From IMG/VR virus record IMGVR_UViG_3300028392_000106, positions 1-44,708 of that record: a stretch of DNA of 44,708 nucleotides, one strand, 5' to 3'. Below are positions 25,519 through 35,587 of this stretch, in pieces. Each line of letters starts with the position of its first letter. Position 1 is the first letter of the stretch. Origin of the DNA: a virus. Taxonomy: Duplodnaviria > Caudoviricetes. Below the pieces are notes generated by a model. It saw only the letters and a program-made list of their open reading frames with translations, was not told the DNA's origin and did no database searches. The position numbers and the translations under genes were made by a program.

Positions 25519-26850
25519 ATGTCAAAATTAATAACACTTAACGGATTGAATGATGATGAACTATTAAATGATTTATTGGATAATGAAATAGTAGTATTTG
25601 AAGATGTTCAAGGTAGTAAGATATGGGTAAATTGGAATGGTGTTGGTTTTTCAATTAGACCAAAATCAATATCCAATGATGATATCAATTTAATAGATCT
25701 TGCTATGCAAAATTATTACAACCCGGCGGTTAATTATCTAAATTCACTTGATGATAGAGTTAAGAGTTTATTAAATAAAAAATGGTGGTTTTGTTTTGAA
25801 TTATTCCCAGATAATAATCCAGCCAACATTGAGTATTCAAGAGTTCCTAAAAATAATTTAGTTATCGCTGCTATTAATAAAAGTGGTAAATATGAATTTT
25901 CAGTAGATGAGTTAGATGAATACGCTAGATTATTTGATGTTGATATGATTCCTATTTTATTCCAAGGTAAATTAACAGAAAGAATGAAAGAAGCTATTAA
26001 GTATTTTATTAATACCAGTGATGATGACTTAGAATATATCTTTGGTGAAAAATCATTTGCTTTTTTCTTCTATAAAATCTTAAATCCTAGTTCTACTGGT
26101 TCATTCTTAATGGAAGAAGACTTTCAAAAAAACTTAGAAAAGTTAATTATCAGAAGTAATAATAAAGATATTTCATTTGAGTTATTAAATCCACTTTACA
26201 AAAGAATTAGTGATAATAACTCAACTGACTTTGTTGAAATATACACTCTTATATTAATTAACTTCTTAAATTTCTGCCAATCAGTAAATGTTGAGGATAT
26301 TAAATTAAAAGATGAAAAAAGAGATGAAGTTTATATTTATTTAATTTCTAAATTATTTAATATTTATGTTTCTGAAGTTAAACAAGATCTTATTGAATTC
26401 GATTTTGTAGTTCCTGAATTTTTTGATAAAGAAAAGTTCAAAATTAATACAGAACTTATTAATAATAAATTAACTAAAGAATATATTAAGGAAAATTCTA
26501 AATTAGAATATATCTTTAAAGTTATACTTGGTTCTTTTAATAAGAAAAGGAAAAAACCTATTGGTTTGTTTACTGATAATACAGTTATTCTATTCAATAA
26601 ATTTGTTAATGATATAAATGTTTACATTGAGAAATATCTAAACAAGGCTCAAGAAGTTGAACTTACAAGAGCTGGTTTACTTGACTTTGGTGACTTTTTT
26701 GAAATAAAGTATGACCAAGATGCTGAAGGAGAAGTTTATCCTGATGTTTATTCTGAGTTTGAAAAAGGAGTTCCAGAAGAAAAGAAGAAAAAAGGTGGTA
26801 AAGGTGGTGGTAAAATGCCTCTTCCAAGTGAGGAAACACCTACTAAATAA
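25519..26850 (+). CDS. RNA-ligase-like nucleotidyltransferase fold protein, catalytic lysine apparently lost
   Basis: VFEDVQGSKI at the position of motif I (EKxDGSN); FEL, IPILFQG and EKLII resemble later ligase motifs. Confidence 0.5.
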   Translation: MSKLITLNGLNDDELLNDLLDNEIVVFEDVQGSKIWVNWNGVGFSIRPKSISNDDINLIDLAMQNYYNPAVNYLNSLDDRVKSLLNKKWWFCFELFPDNNPANIEYSRVPKNNLVIAAINKSGKYEFSVDELDEYARLFDVDMIPILFQGKLTERMKEAIKYFINTSDDDLEYIFGEKSFAFFFYKILNPSSTGSFLMEEDFQKNLEKLIIRSNNKDISFELLNPLYKRISDNNSTDFVEIYTLILINFLNFCQSVNVEDIKLKDEKRDEVYIYLISKLFNIYVSEVKQDLIEFDFVVPEFFDKEKFKINTELINNKLTKEYIKENSKLEYIFKVILGSFNKKRKKPIGLFTDNTVILFNKFVNDINVYIEKYLNKAQEVELTRAGLLDFGDFFEIKYDQDAEGEVYPDVYSEFEKGVPEEKKKKGGKGGGKMPLPSEETPTK

Positions 26851-26859
26851 TATTAGTTA

Positions 26860-27867
26860 ATGAAAATAAATGGAGTAGATACAACAAGCATTGTTAGTGT
26901 GAATGGTACATTACTATCCACAGTTTCATCAATTATGGGTATAACATTACCCACAACAACTACTACCACAACTGCTGCACCAACTACAACAACTACTACC
27001 ACATCCAATCCATACACAGTGGCATCAGGTGGAACAGTAACAACAGTTGGTAATTATAAATTACACACATTCACATCAGTAGGAAGTACAAACTTTGTAG
27101 TTAGTAATGTAGGTTCTTCTCCAAATAACACTATACAAGTATTAATAGTTGCTGGTGGAGGTGGAGGAGCTGGTCAATATATTGGTGGCGGTGGCGGTGG
27201 TGGAGGCGTTATAGAAAATACAATATTCTCTTTATCAAGTGGTGCAACAACATACGCCGTAGTAATCGGAGGTGGTGGAGCAGGAGCATATTATTATTAT
27301 GAGAATGGTGGTATGGGAGGTGATTCAACATTTGATGGAAACACGGCTTATGGTGGAGGTGGTGGTGGAGCGCATTATGCAGCACCATTATCAGGGGGAT
27401 CAGGTGGTGGGGGTGGTGGTGTTACAGGTAATGGTTCTTCAATTCACGGAGGACTTGGTACAACTGGCCAAGGTAATAATGGGGGATCAGGATCAGATGA
27501 ATCAAATGTAGGTGACTATGGAGCTGGCGGCGGCGGCGGAGCTGGTAGTGTCGGTGGTGATGGATTCTTCATAGGACCAGAGGCTCACGGTGGAGATGGC
27601 GGAGATGGTATACAGTCAGCAATTGACGCAAACTACTATGGTGGTGGAGGTGGAGGATCAACATACACAGGAGGACCTGCAGGAAGAGGAGGTATTGGTG
27701 GAGGAGGAGCTGGTTCAACAGGTGGATCTGGTCAAAGTGGAGAAGATGGAACAGTCAACACTGGCGGTGGTGGCGGTGGATGGGGTGAAGGATCTTGGAA
27801 TGGAACAGAACACGGAGGAAATGGTGGTTCAGGTATAGTAATTATAAAATATAGATTTCAGAATTAA
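26860..27867 (+). CDS. Glycine-rich virion/tail-fibre-like protein with Thr linker
   Basis: Poly-Thr linker, then YKLHTFTS...VLIVAGGGGG...GGNGGSGIVIIKY glycine-rich domain; locally high GC. Confidence 0.8.
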   Translation: MKINGVDTTSIVSVNGTLLSTVSSIMGITLPTTTTTTTAAPTTTTTTTSNPYTVASGGTVTTVGNYKLHTFTSVGSTNFVVSNVGSSPNNTIQVLIVAGGGGGAGQYIGGGGGGGGVIENTIFSLSSGATTYAVVIGGGGAGAYYYYENGGMGGDSTFDGNTAYGGGGGGAHYAAPLSGGSGGGGGGVTGNGSSIHGGLGTTGQGNNGGSGSDESNVGDYGAGGGGGAGSVGGDGFFIGPEAHGGDGGDGIQSAIDANYYGGGGGGSTYTGGPAGRGGIGGGGAGSTGGSGQSGEDGTVNTGGGGGGWGEGSWNGTEHGGNGGSGIVIIKYRFQN

Positions 27868-28247
27868 TGGCAACTTTTACATTAATAAATAAGGATAATA
27901 TAGTAATATCAGTTTTATCGGTTGGTAACGAAACTATTACTCAAAATGGAGTTGAAGTCGAACAATTAGGAATTGACTTTTTAACCAATGATATAAATAT
28001 TAAAAATATTTATCCAGAATGTGTTTTAATAAGACAAACATCTTATAATTCTAACTTTAGAAATAAATACGCTGGTATAGGTGATACTTGGGATGAGACT
28101 AATAATGTTTTTATCTCTCCAAAACCATTTGCTAGTTGGTCATTGAATACTAAATTTAATTGGAAATCACCAGTATCATACCCAGAAGAAGGTAACTATA
28201 CTTGGGATGAAGAAAATCAACAATGGATTTTATTCCAAATTCAATAA
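27867..28247 (+). CDS. Small partner protein of the glycine-rich protein
   Basis: QTSYNSNFRNKYAGIGDTWD...PKPFASW...WKSPVSYP; translationally coupled (TAATG). Confidence 0.75.
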   Translation: MATFTLINKDNIVISVLSVGNETITQNGVEVEQLGIDFLTNDINIKNIYPECVLIRQTSYNSNFRNKYAGIGDTWDETNNVFISPKPFASWSLNTKFNWKSPVSYPEEGNYTWDEENQQWILFQIQ

Positions 28248-28277
28248 AAAACCTCTGATTAAATCAGAGGTTTTTTA
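28245..28277. terminator. Bidirectional intrinsic terminator
   Basis: TAAAAAACCTCTGATT-A-AATCAGAGGTTTTTTA between convergent genes. Confidence 0.88.
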
Positions 28278-31200
28278 TTAAGGTAAAGTTGTTATTTGAT
28301 TAATTGGAACAAATGGTCCAATTGGATCATAAGTAACTGTTCCATTTCTTATATCAAGTAATCCTCTTATTTCATAATTCTTTCTATCTCTGTATGTTTG
28401 ACCATATCCATTATCAGATGTTATCTCAATAACTAAGAAAGGATCAATATTTGAATCTATAGTGAAATTATAAGGATATAAATTATCAATTACTCTAAAC
28501 TCTGAAAATTGTTGAACAGGCATAAAATCCATTTGTCTCCATTCAGTTACATTTAACCAATTGCTACTATCTTTATTTGGAGTAATTGTTGAATATGTTG
28601 ATGAAGTAGCAGAAGAAACACCTATTCCACTATAAACATAATAATCTCTATCATACTTATAAACTTGACCAACACTAAAACTATATGTACCAGTCGGAGA
28701 AGACCAATCAACCGAAGCATCATATTTTCTAGGATTTTTAACTCTATTATTATCTATAACAGATTGATATAACTTATCATAATAAATAACATTGTCACCA
28801 ATTTGATAAGTAACAAACGGATTCCATTCTGGGTATGTTTTATAAGTTCTTATAGATATATTATAAAAATCCGGAATAGAAGCAGTAGAAGCACTTGGGT
28901 ATGTAGATAAACCACTTGAATATGTAGATGATGATAATAAATTAAAATCTAATACACAAGTATATTGAGTAGAACCGCTATTAATCGGCATCAAATAGGC
29001 TTCATTTAGCTTAAATGACACTGGAGACATATTTTGTTTAATATTAAATTGTTGTATATCAAAACAACGGTGTTCTATAGTATTCACACCAACAAAATCA
29101 GCTCTTCCAGTAATATCCAATATCTTATGAGTTAAAGGAATAATATTTTTTTGTAACCAATATTTTAATCCTTGTAACTTAATCTGAACCTCTTCTAAGC
29201 TATAAAGTAAAACATTATTACCTTCTTTATCAGTTATTCTATAAGTTAAATTAAATAAATTTGTAGTTTCATAGCTAGCATTTGGGAAAGTATGTTTAAT
29301 AAAGTCATTCTCTGTCCATCCCTCCACAGTATTATCAAAAATATCAGGAATTTCTACTTTAAATAGTTTATCAAAATTATCAGAAGCTTCATTTATATTT
29401 CTATAATATTCATTTAACTCTAAATCGTTATATCCAAAGAAATTAATAGCATTTATAATTGATTTATAAGAACCAATATATGGGTATATGAGATGTTTTT
29501 GCATTAACATCTCTTTTCTCTTCTTATTTAAATAAGTCCAGTCAATACCTCCTTCATAAATATCATATTCTTTAAAGATAAATGTCTCATCTGACCCTAT
29601 GTTTTTACCTACATTACCTAATTCTACTTTAAATCTGACATCTTCATCTTCAGTTTGACCAAGTACATTAAATCTACCAATTTCTCTATCTAATGCAGTA
29701 AATGTAACGCCTAAGTATGTTGTTTTACCAATTGTTGGGTAATTACTTATAACTGTAGTTTCAAATAACATCGAATCAGCGGATCTAATAAAATCAACAA
29801 CTATTGTTCTATTATAAACATTCTTTATTCTAAATATTCTTCCGCTATTTCCAGAAACATATTGTTTTTTAGTATTTGTTCTATCTTTAATATCAATTCT
29901 TAATAACTGACCAGGTTTAAGACCCCTCTTATTATCACTACCATCATATACAAAATACTCACTTGATGCTATATTTAGTTTAATCTCTCCTCTACTAACA
30001 CCATCAATATCAACAAAAGTTTTAAATGTTATAATATCATTATTGGTGGAGTTAGTATTAATTTCAAAAGTAACATTTTCTCTTTTAAATAATTGTAATA
30101 TAGATCTTATAGCCCCTTCTTGTGATGAATTAAACCCAATAAATGTTTCTACCGGAGTCGGATCTAAATAAATATTAGTAGTTTCCTCATCAATATGATC
30201 TAAACTATAATAAACTCTGTCAAAAATTGTTTGTTGAGCTTGTGACAAAGAAACATTATTTAAATTCTTATTAGGAACTTTATTAAGATTAATTTCAGTA
30301 AGTGGTTTAGATCCGATATAAGCATATGACCCAGTTATTGGTAATTGGTCACCAGAAAAATCATATAAGAAAATTTCAGGAACATTATCAGTCATCCATC
30401 TATAGTAATATGTTACTCTTGGTTCTCCTAAGAAATTCTCTCTAGGAGCTCTAATATACTCTCTTGTTTTTAACCAAAGACCATCTCTCTGAACATAATT
30501 AGGATCTAAAGTACCATATTGATTATCATTTATATTACTAGTAGGAATAACATAAGTAGAAACAAAACTACTTAAATTAACAACTATCTCTATTATAGAG
30601 TTTGTATTAGGTTGTATAGCCCAAACACTCTTTCTATCAGGATCATAAATGATTTTTGTGGTTTGGTCTGTTAAAGTTGCTGTGTATATTACGCTACCAT
30701 TTATAGGGCTCATCACCTTAATAGTGTTTGTAGTAAGAGATGATAAGTAAATATCACTGTCATATTGATTGAGAGCTAAATAACCATATGTAGAAGGTCC
30801 TGTATTAAATAAAGTAGTATTTGTATTAAGATCCAATGATTGAAATGATAATGATGAATCAGAAATATACATTTGACCAGTTAGATTACTAAATAATATA
30901 TCATTAAATCCTTGAGTTGTAACATTTGTTATAGAAACTACAGAACTATTATCTATTTTATATAAACTAGCACTACCCCAAACATAAACAGATTCATTTA
31001 CTGGCTCATAGTAAATATTATAAGCTGAAGATGACATACTAGATAACCCAGGAATACCATAAACAGTTTGAAGTGTTCTGGTAGTACCATCTATTCTAAG
31101 AACTATATCACTAGAATCATCAGTAATAACATACATATCTTTTTCATATTCATTGAAAGTCATATTATAAGTTTTACCAGATGACCAAGATGATCCAGAT

Positions 31201-34124
31201 GTTAAAGTAGTTACAAGTACATTTAAATAGCTATAAATATCAATTCTATTTGTATTTTGATATGATATATAAATATCTCCATTATAAGTGTTTATTTCAA
31301 TATCAAAAGCATCATTTGCTAATGTAATAGTAGACACAACATTGTTTAATAATGGATCTATTACATATAATATGTTTTTAGATAATGAGTAAAGATAATT
31401 ATTAATATCATTAAACTTTAAGTGTAAACTTTGAGTATTACCAGGTAAAGAAATAGTAGTTAAATAATCAGCAAAATAAGAATCCATTACAGTAATGTCA
31501 TCACCCAAGGCATAAATAGAGTTAGATAATTGAACATAAGTAATATCAACCATATTAGAACTACCTTGATATGAACTTAAATTATAAGTATTGATAACAT
31601 AACTATTAGGATTGTAAGAAATACTAAACATTAAATTACTGAATTGGTATTGACTAAATGGGCCACCTTGATCACCGGCAGTTGGTCCAACAGGAGTAGG
31701 ACAACCAGTAGCACCAAACCCAAGATTATAAGCAATATTAACAAAAGGAGAAACACTACAGATGTCATTTGTTAATCCCCAGAAAGGACCTTCATAACTT
31801 AAATCTATCTTATCAGGGTCTAATCCTAAAACAACAAACTCTTGATTATTATATGGATAAATTGTATTATTAATAGCAACAACCATACCAGTCGCAAATC
31901 CAGCTTCTTCTAAAGAATAAGTAGGACCCGGAAGTTGAATTTGATTTGATGTTATTAACAATCCAACATTACCCTTCATTTTCCTAATTATAGAATATCC
32001 AGGAAGACCAGGTAAAGTACTCTTACCAATGGAAAAAGTATATTCTAATCTTTGATCCTGTTCCTTAACATCAAACTTTATCATATTATTGATAATAGTT
32101 GTGTAGATTCCAAAATCCTGTAACACATCAGCATATTCCTCACTCCATAATTGTAATGTACCAGGTATATCAACAGTTGTTGGGTAAGTAGAGTAAGTAA
32201 CTCCTATACTATAATCTCTGTTATTTATTTTAACACCTAAATAACTACCTAACTCATTGAATAGCACTCTAGAATGTTCTATGTAAAAATTAGCAGTTGT
32301 CCCAACTTCAACAGTGAAGTCAATAGGAACATTTGGATATTCTGTAGTTAATTTAATTGAGTTAAAGAAAATTGAATAACCAGACCCAATATATTGTAAA
32401 GTAGCAAATATGCCTAATGTTACTAATCTTGGGTGACTTTTAGTTAACCAATTTCTAAGTGTTCTATCTATAGTTCTAGGCATATCAACCGATATACCAG
32501 AATAAACCCAGTCTATCTCTTCTTGATAAACCATTTTATTAATCTTAATAATTAATCCATACTCATCTAAGTCAGTAAAAACTATATTATAGTCAAAGTT
32601 TTCAGAAACATCATAATTTAATTCAGTAACTAACTCTTGCTCAACCCTAACAACTCTTTCATAGTTTGTAATATATCCACTACCAATAGAATAAGTTGGT
32701 CCAAATTGTGTATGATAATAATTAACATCTACATATCTAGTAGGATACATTAAATCAGCTTTTAATTTATTAACCGAGTAATATAAATCAATATTAAATA
32801 ATTTGAATTGATCTACATAGTTATCAACTGCAGATGCTAATGTTATTGCTTGACTTTGAGTAAATGCCTGAGTAAAGTATAACTTGTTACTATTAAGATA
32901 AATTTGAGTAGATAATAAACTCTCGGATACTAATGTCTCTGCTACTGGTATATATGTTGCTAATTTCCAATATACAGTATTATAAGGTGTTACCTCATAC
33001 CCAGTTGATAAACCAACTCTATTTGTAAAAAATTCACTAGTAACAGGTGAAATACCACTTTGTGTATAAGCTTGTATACATTCATAAATCCTATTATCAT
33101 AAGTAACTAATGATTGAGTAGCATAGTATATAACTTGATTATTAGAAGTAAAATTAATTATTGAATCAACAGTATAAAATGATGTATTATTAACCGATCC
33201 ACTAATTTTAAAAACTATCCCTGGCTTTAATATTATAGGAACAGTAGATGTTCCAAATGAAATAGAATTTGTTGATATTGATAATGACCCATTATAAATT
33301 AGAGGTAAATCTGTTTTAGTAACAAGCTCAATAACTAAATCTGAATTTGTTGGAAGAGATACATTAGGTAAATCATATTCAAAATAAACAGTATCAGTTA
33401 AGTTATCATCAACAACTGTTACTACTTTTTGTGTAAATCTATTATCAGCATTTTTATTCTTAGTAGAGTTTACTATATTTAATCTTCTACCTTTAGTATA
33501 CTTATCATAAAAGTTAGGTTCATTCCAGCTAGATAAATTATTATTATAGAAAGCATCTATATAGTTATAAACACCAATTAAATTTAAACCTGAGATATAG
33601 ATGTTACCATATTGAGTTGGATCACTATATGTTGTGTAAAATGTTGATTCAAATGTTTGATTATCCATCAAACTTATAACCATAATAGCACCCTTCTTTG
33701 AAGCAACAACTATATAAGTTTGTTGAGGGTTAGTGAACTCTAAAAAAGGAGTATCAAAAACTATATGAGTTCCAATAGGAAACTTAGATTCAAAATTAAT
33801 ACCATATATCCATTTAGAAAAGAAATCAGGATCATTATTAACCGGTTCTATTAATGTAACAGATTGTGTAGCATACTTAGCACCGTGAATATCCATACCA
33901 TATTCATTAAATAGTTGAAATTTAGCCAATGTTAAAACATCAGGAACTTCATATTCAAAAGCTGATATCTTTTCAAACATATACAAACCATATGTTTTGA
34001 AAGTATCTGTTGAATTTTCATGAAAGAGAATATTACCCTCAAATCTATCGGTTGTATCATTATAATTGAAATTTAAATAATCACCTTCTTTGTTAAAAAA
34101 TATAAGATTTTTATGATTTGACAT
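28278..34124 (-). CDS. Very large virion structural protein (baseplate/tail-associated) with beta-propeller-like region
   Basis: 1948 aa, S/T/N/Y-rich; YVTN-like blades mid-protein; YIGSYKSIINAINFFGY baseplate-wedge-like segment. Confidence 0.65.
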   Translation of the reverse strand: MSNHKNLIFFNKEGDYLNFNYNDTTDRFEGNILFHENSTDTFKTYGLYMFEKISAFEYEVPDVLTLAKFQLFNEYGMDIHGAKYATQSVTLIEPVNNDPDFFSKWIYGINFESKFPIGTHIVFDTPFLEFTNPQQTYIVVASKKGAIMVISLMDNQTFESTFYTTYSDPTQYGNIYISGLNLIGVYNYIDAFYNNNLSSWNEPNFYDKYTKGRRLNIVNSTKNKNADNRFTQKVVTVVDDNLTDTVYFEYDLPNVSLPTNSDLVIELVTKTDLPLIYNGSLSISTNSISFGTSTVPIILKPGIVFKISGSVNNTSFYTVDSIINFTSNNQVIYYATQSLVTYDNRIYECIQAYTQSGISPVTSEFFTNRVGLSTGYEVTPYNTVYWKLATYIPVAETLVSESLLSTQIYLNSNKLYFTQAFTQSQAITLASAVDNYVDQFKLFNIDLYYSVNKLKADLMYPTRYVDVNYYHTQFGPTYSIGSGYITNYERVVRVEQELVTELNYDVSENFDYNIVFTDLDEYGLIIKINKMVYQEEIDWVYSGISVDMPRTIDRTLRNWLTKSHPRLVTLGIFATLQYIGSGYSIFFNSIKLTTEYPNVPIDFTVEVGTTANFYIEHSRVLFNELGSYLGVKINNRDYSIGVTYSTYPTTVDIPGTLQLWSEEYADVLQDFGIYTTIINNMIKFDVKEQDQRLEYTFSIGKSTLPGLPGYSIIRKMKGNVGLLITSNQIQLPGPTYSLEEAGFATGMVVAINNTIYPYNNQEFVVLGLDPDKIDLSYEGPFWGLTNDICSVSPFVNIAYNLGFGATGCPTPVGPTAGDQGGPFSQYQFSNLMFSISYNPNSYVINTYNLSSYQGSSNMVDITYVQLSNSIYALGDDITVMDSYFADYLTTISLPGNTQSLHLKFNDINNYLYSLSKNILYVIDPLLNNVVSTITLANDAFDIEINTYNGDIYISYQNTNRIDIYSYLNVLVTTLTSGSSWSSGKTYNMTFNEYEKDMYVITDDSSDIVLRIDGTTRTLQTVYGIPGLSSMSSSAYNIYYEPVNESVYVWGSASLYKIDNSSVVSITNVTTQGFNDILFSNLTGQMYISDSSLSFQSLDLNTNTTLFNTGPSTYGYLALNQYDSDIYLSSLTTNTIKVMSPINGSVIYTATLTDQTTKIIYDPDRKSVWAIQPNTNSIIEIVVNLSSFVSTYVIPTSNINDNQYGTLDPNYVQRDGLWLKTREYIRAPRENFLGEPRVTYYYRWMTDNVPEIFLYDFSGDQLPITGSYAYIGSKPLTEINLNKVPNKNLNNVSLSQAQQTIFDRVYYSLDHIDEETTNIYLDPTPVETFIGFNSSQEGAIRSILQLFKRENVTFEINTNSTNNDIITFKTFVDIDGVSRGEIKLNIASSEYFVYDGSDNKRGLKPGQLLRIDIKDRTNTKKQYVSGNSGRIFRIKNVYNRTIVVDFIRSADSMLFETTVISNYPTIGKTTYLGVTFTALDREIGRFNVLGQTEDEDVRFKVELGNVGKNIGSDETFIFKEYDIYEGGIDWTYLNKKRKEMLMQKHLIYPYIGSYKSIINAINFFGYNDLELNEYYRNINEASDNFDKLFKVEIPDIFDNTVEGWTENDFIKHTFPNASYETTNLFNLTYRITDKEGNNVLLYSLEEVQIKLQGLKYWLQKNIIPLTHKILDITGRADFVGVNTIEHRCFDIQQFNIKQNMSPVSFKLNEAYLMPINSGSTQYTCVLDFNLLSSSTYSSGLSTYPSASTASIPDFYNISIRTYKTYPEWNPFVTYQIGDNVIYYDKLYQSVIDNNRVKNPRKYDASVDWSSPTGTYSFSVGQVYKYDRDYYVYSGIGVSSATSSTYSTITPNKDSSNWLNVTEWRQMDFMPVQQFSEFRVIDNLYPYNFTIDSNIDPFLVIEITSDNGYGQTYRDRKNYEIRGLLDIRNGTVTYDPIGPFVPINQITTLP

Positions 34125-34197
34125 CTATGTTTATTAATAGTTTTAAGTATATATTAATTTTACATTTCTTGATAAGGAAAAATAATATATACTTTTA

Positions 34198-34521
34198 ATG
34201 AAAATAAGTAATTATAATCAATTTTTAACTGAATCTACTATAGATAAAATAACTTCTTGTACTGATGGTATTTTATACTTTCTAAAAGATAATAATATCA
34301 ATGATTGGAATGACTTTGTAAATATGTCACAATTTAAAAGAGATGTCATTAATAAAATGATAGATAAAGGAGTTAAAGATATGAGAGAGTTAGGAGAAGT
34401 TAGATTTAATCTAAGATTAGAACTATATAATAAAGAACAACTAAGAGAATATCTTAAAGAACTGGAAGAAAATGAAGAGTATGAAAAATGCGCTAAAGTG
34501 CTTAAAAAAATTAGTAAATAA
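34198..34521 (+). CDS. Hypothetical protein with C-terminal UVR-like motif
   Basis: EENEEYEKCAKV; N-terminal NYNQFLTE peptide. Confidence 0.65.
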   Translation: MKISNYNQFLTESTIDKITSCTDGILYFLKDNNINDWNDFVNMSQFKRDVINKMIDKGVKDMRELGEVRFNLRLELYNKEQLREYLKELEENEEYEKCAKVLKKISK

Positions 34522-34522
34522 A

Positions 34523-34717
34523 ATGAAACACATCAAAAGATTTAACGAAACAAAAGAAGAAAAAGTTGAAAACCAAGAAATGGAATTTAATGCCGATTCT
34601 TTAGAAATGGAAAAGGATTTAAATCCTGATATCAAAACTGAGCCGGTTGAACATGATGAAAAAGAACTCCAAAATGTTAAAAAGAACAAAATTGAAAAAT
34701 TCAATGAACTAAAATAA
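34523..34717 (+). CDS. Small charged hypothetical protein
   Basis: ORF track 34472..34717; likely start MKHIKRFNE at 34523. Confidence 0.65.
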   Translation: MKHIKRFNETKEEKVENQEMEFNADSLEMEKDLNPDIKTEPVEHDEKELQNVKKNKIEKFNELK

Positions 34718-34726
34718 TAACTAACT

Positions 34727-35299
34727 ATGCAAATTAGAAAATTCACAGAATTTATAAATGTATCAGAATCTCTTAAATATCATTTAGAGAATAATAAACC
34801 TATTACCGAAAACATATTCAGACCAGGATCTGAAGCTTTCTATGATGTTATTAAAGAAGCTAGAGAACTATTTGACTTAGGCAGAGTTAATCTATGTGAT
34901 GTTGATAAAGAATTATATGAATCAACTGATATTGGTAGGTTTGGAATGTTCAATGGTGAATTGGTTCCTTTAGATATACCAATGGAAAACATTGAAGAAC
35001 TAAATGAGGCTGAATATCATGGTAAAGAAGTTAAGTTAAATTATCCAATGCGTGGTGGAACTAAGAAATACCAAGTTTATGTAAAGAATCCAAAAACTGG
35101 TAAGGTTAAAAAGATTTCTTTTGGTGATGTTCATGGCGGGTTAACAGCTAAAGTTAGTAATCCTAAAGCTAGAAAGTCATTTGCTGCACGCCACCAGTGT
35201 CATTTAAAGAAAAATAAAACTACCGCGGGGTACTGGTCATGTCGCATAAATCGATACGGTCACTTGTGGGGCGGAAAAACTTATCCGGGGTTCTGGTAA
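34727..35299 (+). CDS. Conserved-looking phage protein with basic C-terminal domain
   Basis: VYVKNPKTGKVKKISFGD...ARKSFAARHQC...AGYWSCR; N-terminal KFTEFI peptide. Confidence 0.7.
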   Translation: MQIRKFTEFINVSESLKYHLENNKPITENIFRPGSEAFYDVIKEARELFDLGRVNLCDVDKELYESTDIGRFGMFNGELVPLDIPMENIEELNEAEYHGKEVKLNYPMRGGTKKYQVYVKNPKTGKVKKISFGDVHGGLTAKVSNPKARKSFAARHQCHLKKNKTTAGYWSCRINRYGHLWGGKTYPGFW

Positions 35300-35301
35300 T
35301 T

Positions 35302-35571
35302 ATGATACTTCCTTTTCAAGAAAATAAACTAAGTGATAATACTTTTATCAGAGAGTTCAAACAAGATACTGATTCTGGAGAGTTTACTTGGCATCGTGAC
35401 CGTGAATCTCGTATTGTTGAATCTATAGGTGAAACAGACTGGATGATTCAAATTGATAATGAATTACCTAAAGAAATAAAAGGGGAAGTTTTTATACCAA
35501 TGGGTGTTTATCATCGAGTTATAAAAGGTACAGGTAATTTGAAAATAAAGTTAATAAAAAACCCATCTTAA
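35302..35571 (+). CDS. Small cupin-like protein
   Basis: WHRDRE and FIPMGVYHRVIKG cupin-type motifs; likely start 35302. Confidence 0.65.
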   Translation: MILPFQENKLSDNTFIREFKQDTDSGEFTWHRDRESRIVESIGETDWMIQIDNELPKEIKGEVFIPMGVYHRVIKGTGNLKIKLIKNPS

Positions 35572-35587
35572 TGATGGGTTTTTTATT
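35553..35587. terminator. Bidirectional intrinsic terminator
   Basis: AATAAAAAACCCATC-TTAAT-GATGGGTTTTTTATT. Confidence 0.88.

Noticed and set aside
26364-27838. ORFs 26364..26597, 27272..27511 and 27590..27838
   Set aside because: Antisense or alternate-frame products of real genes; GGN repeats suppress stop codons
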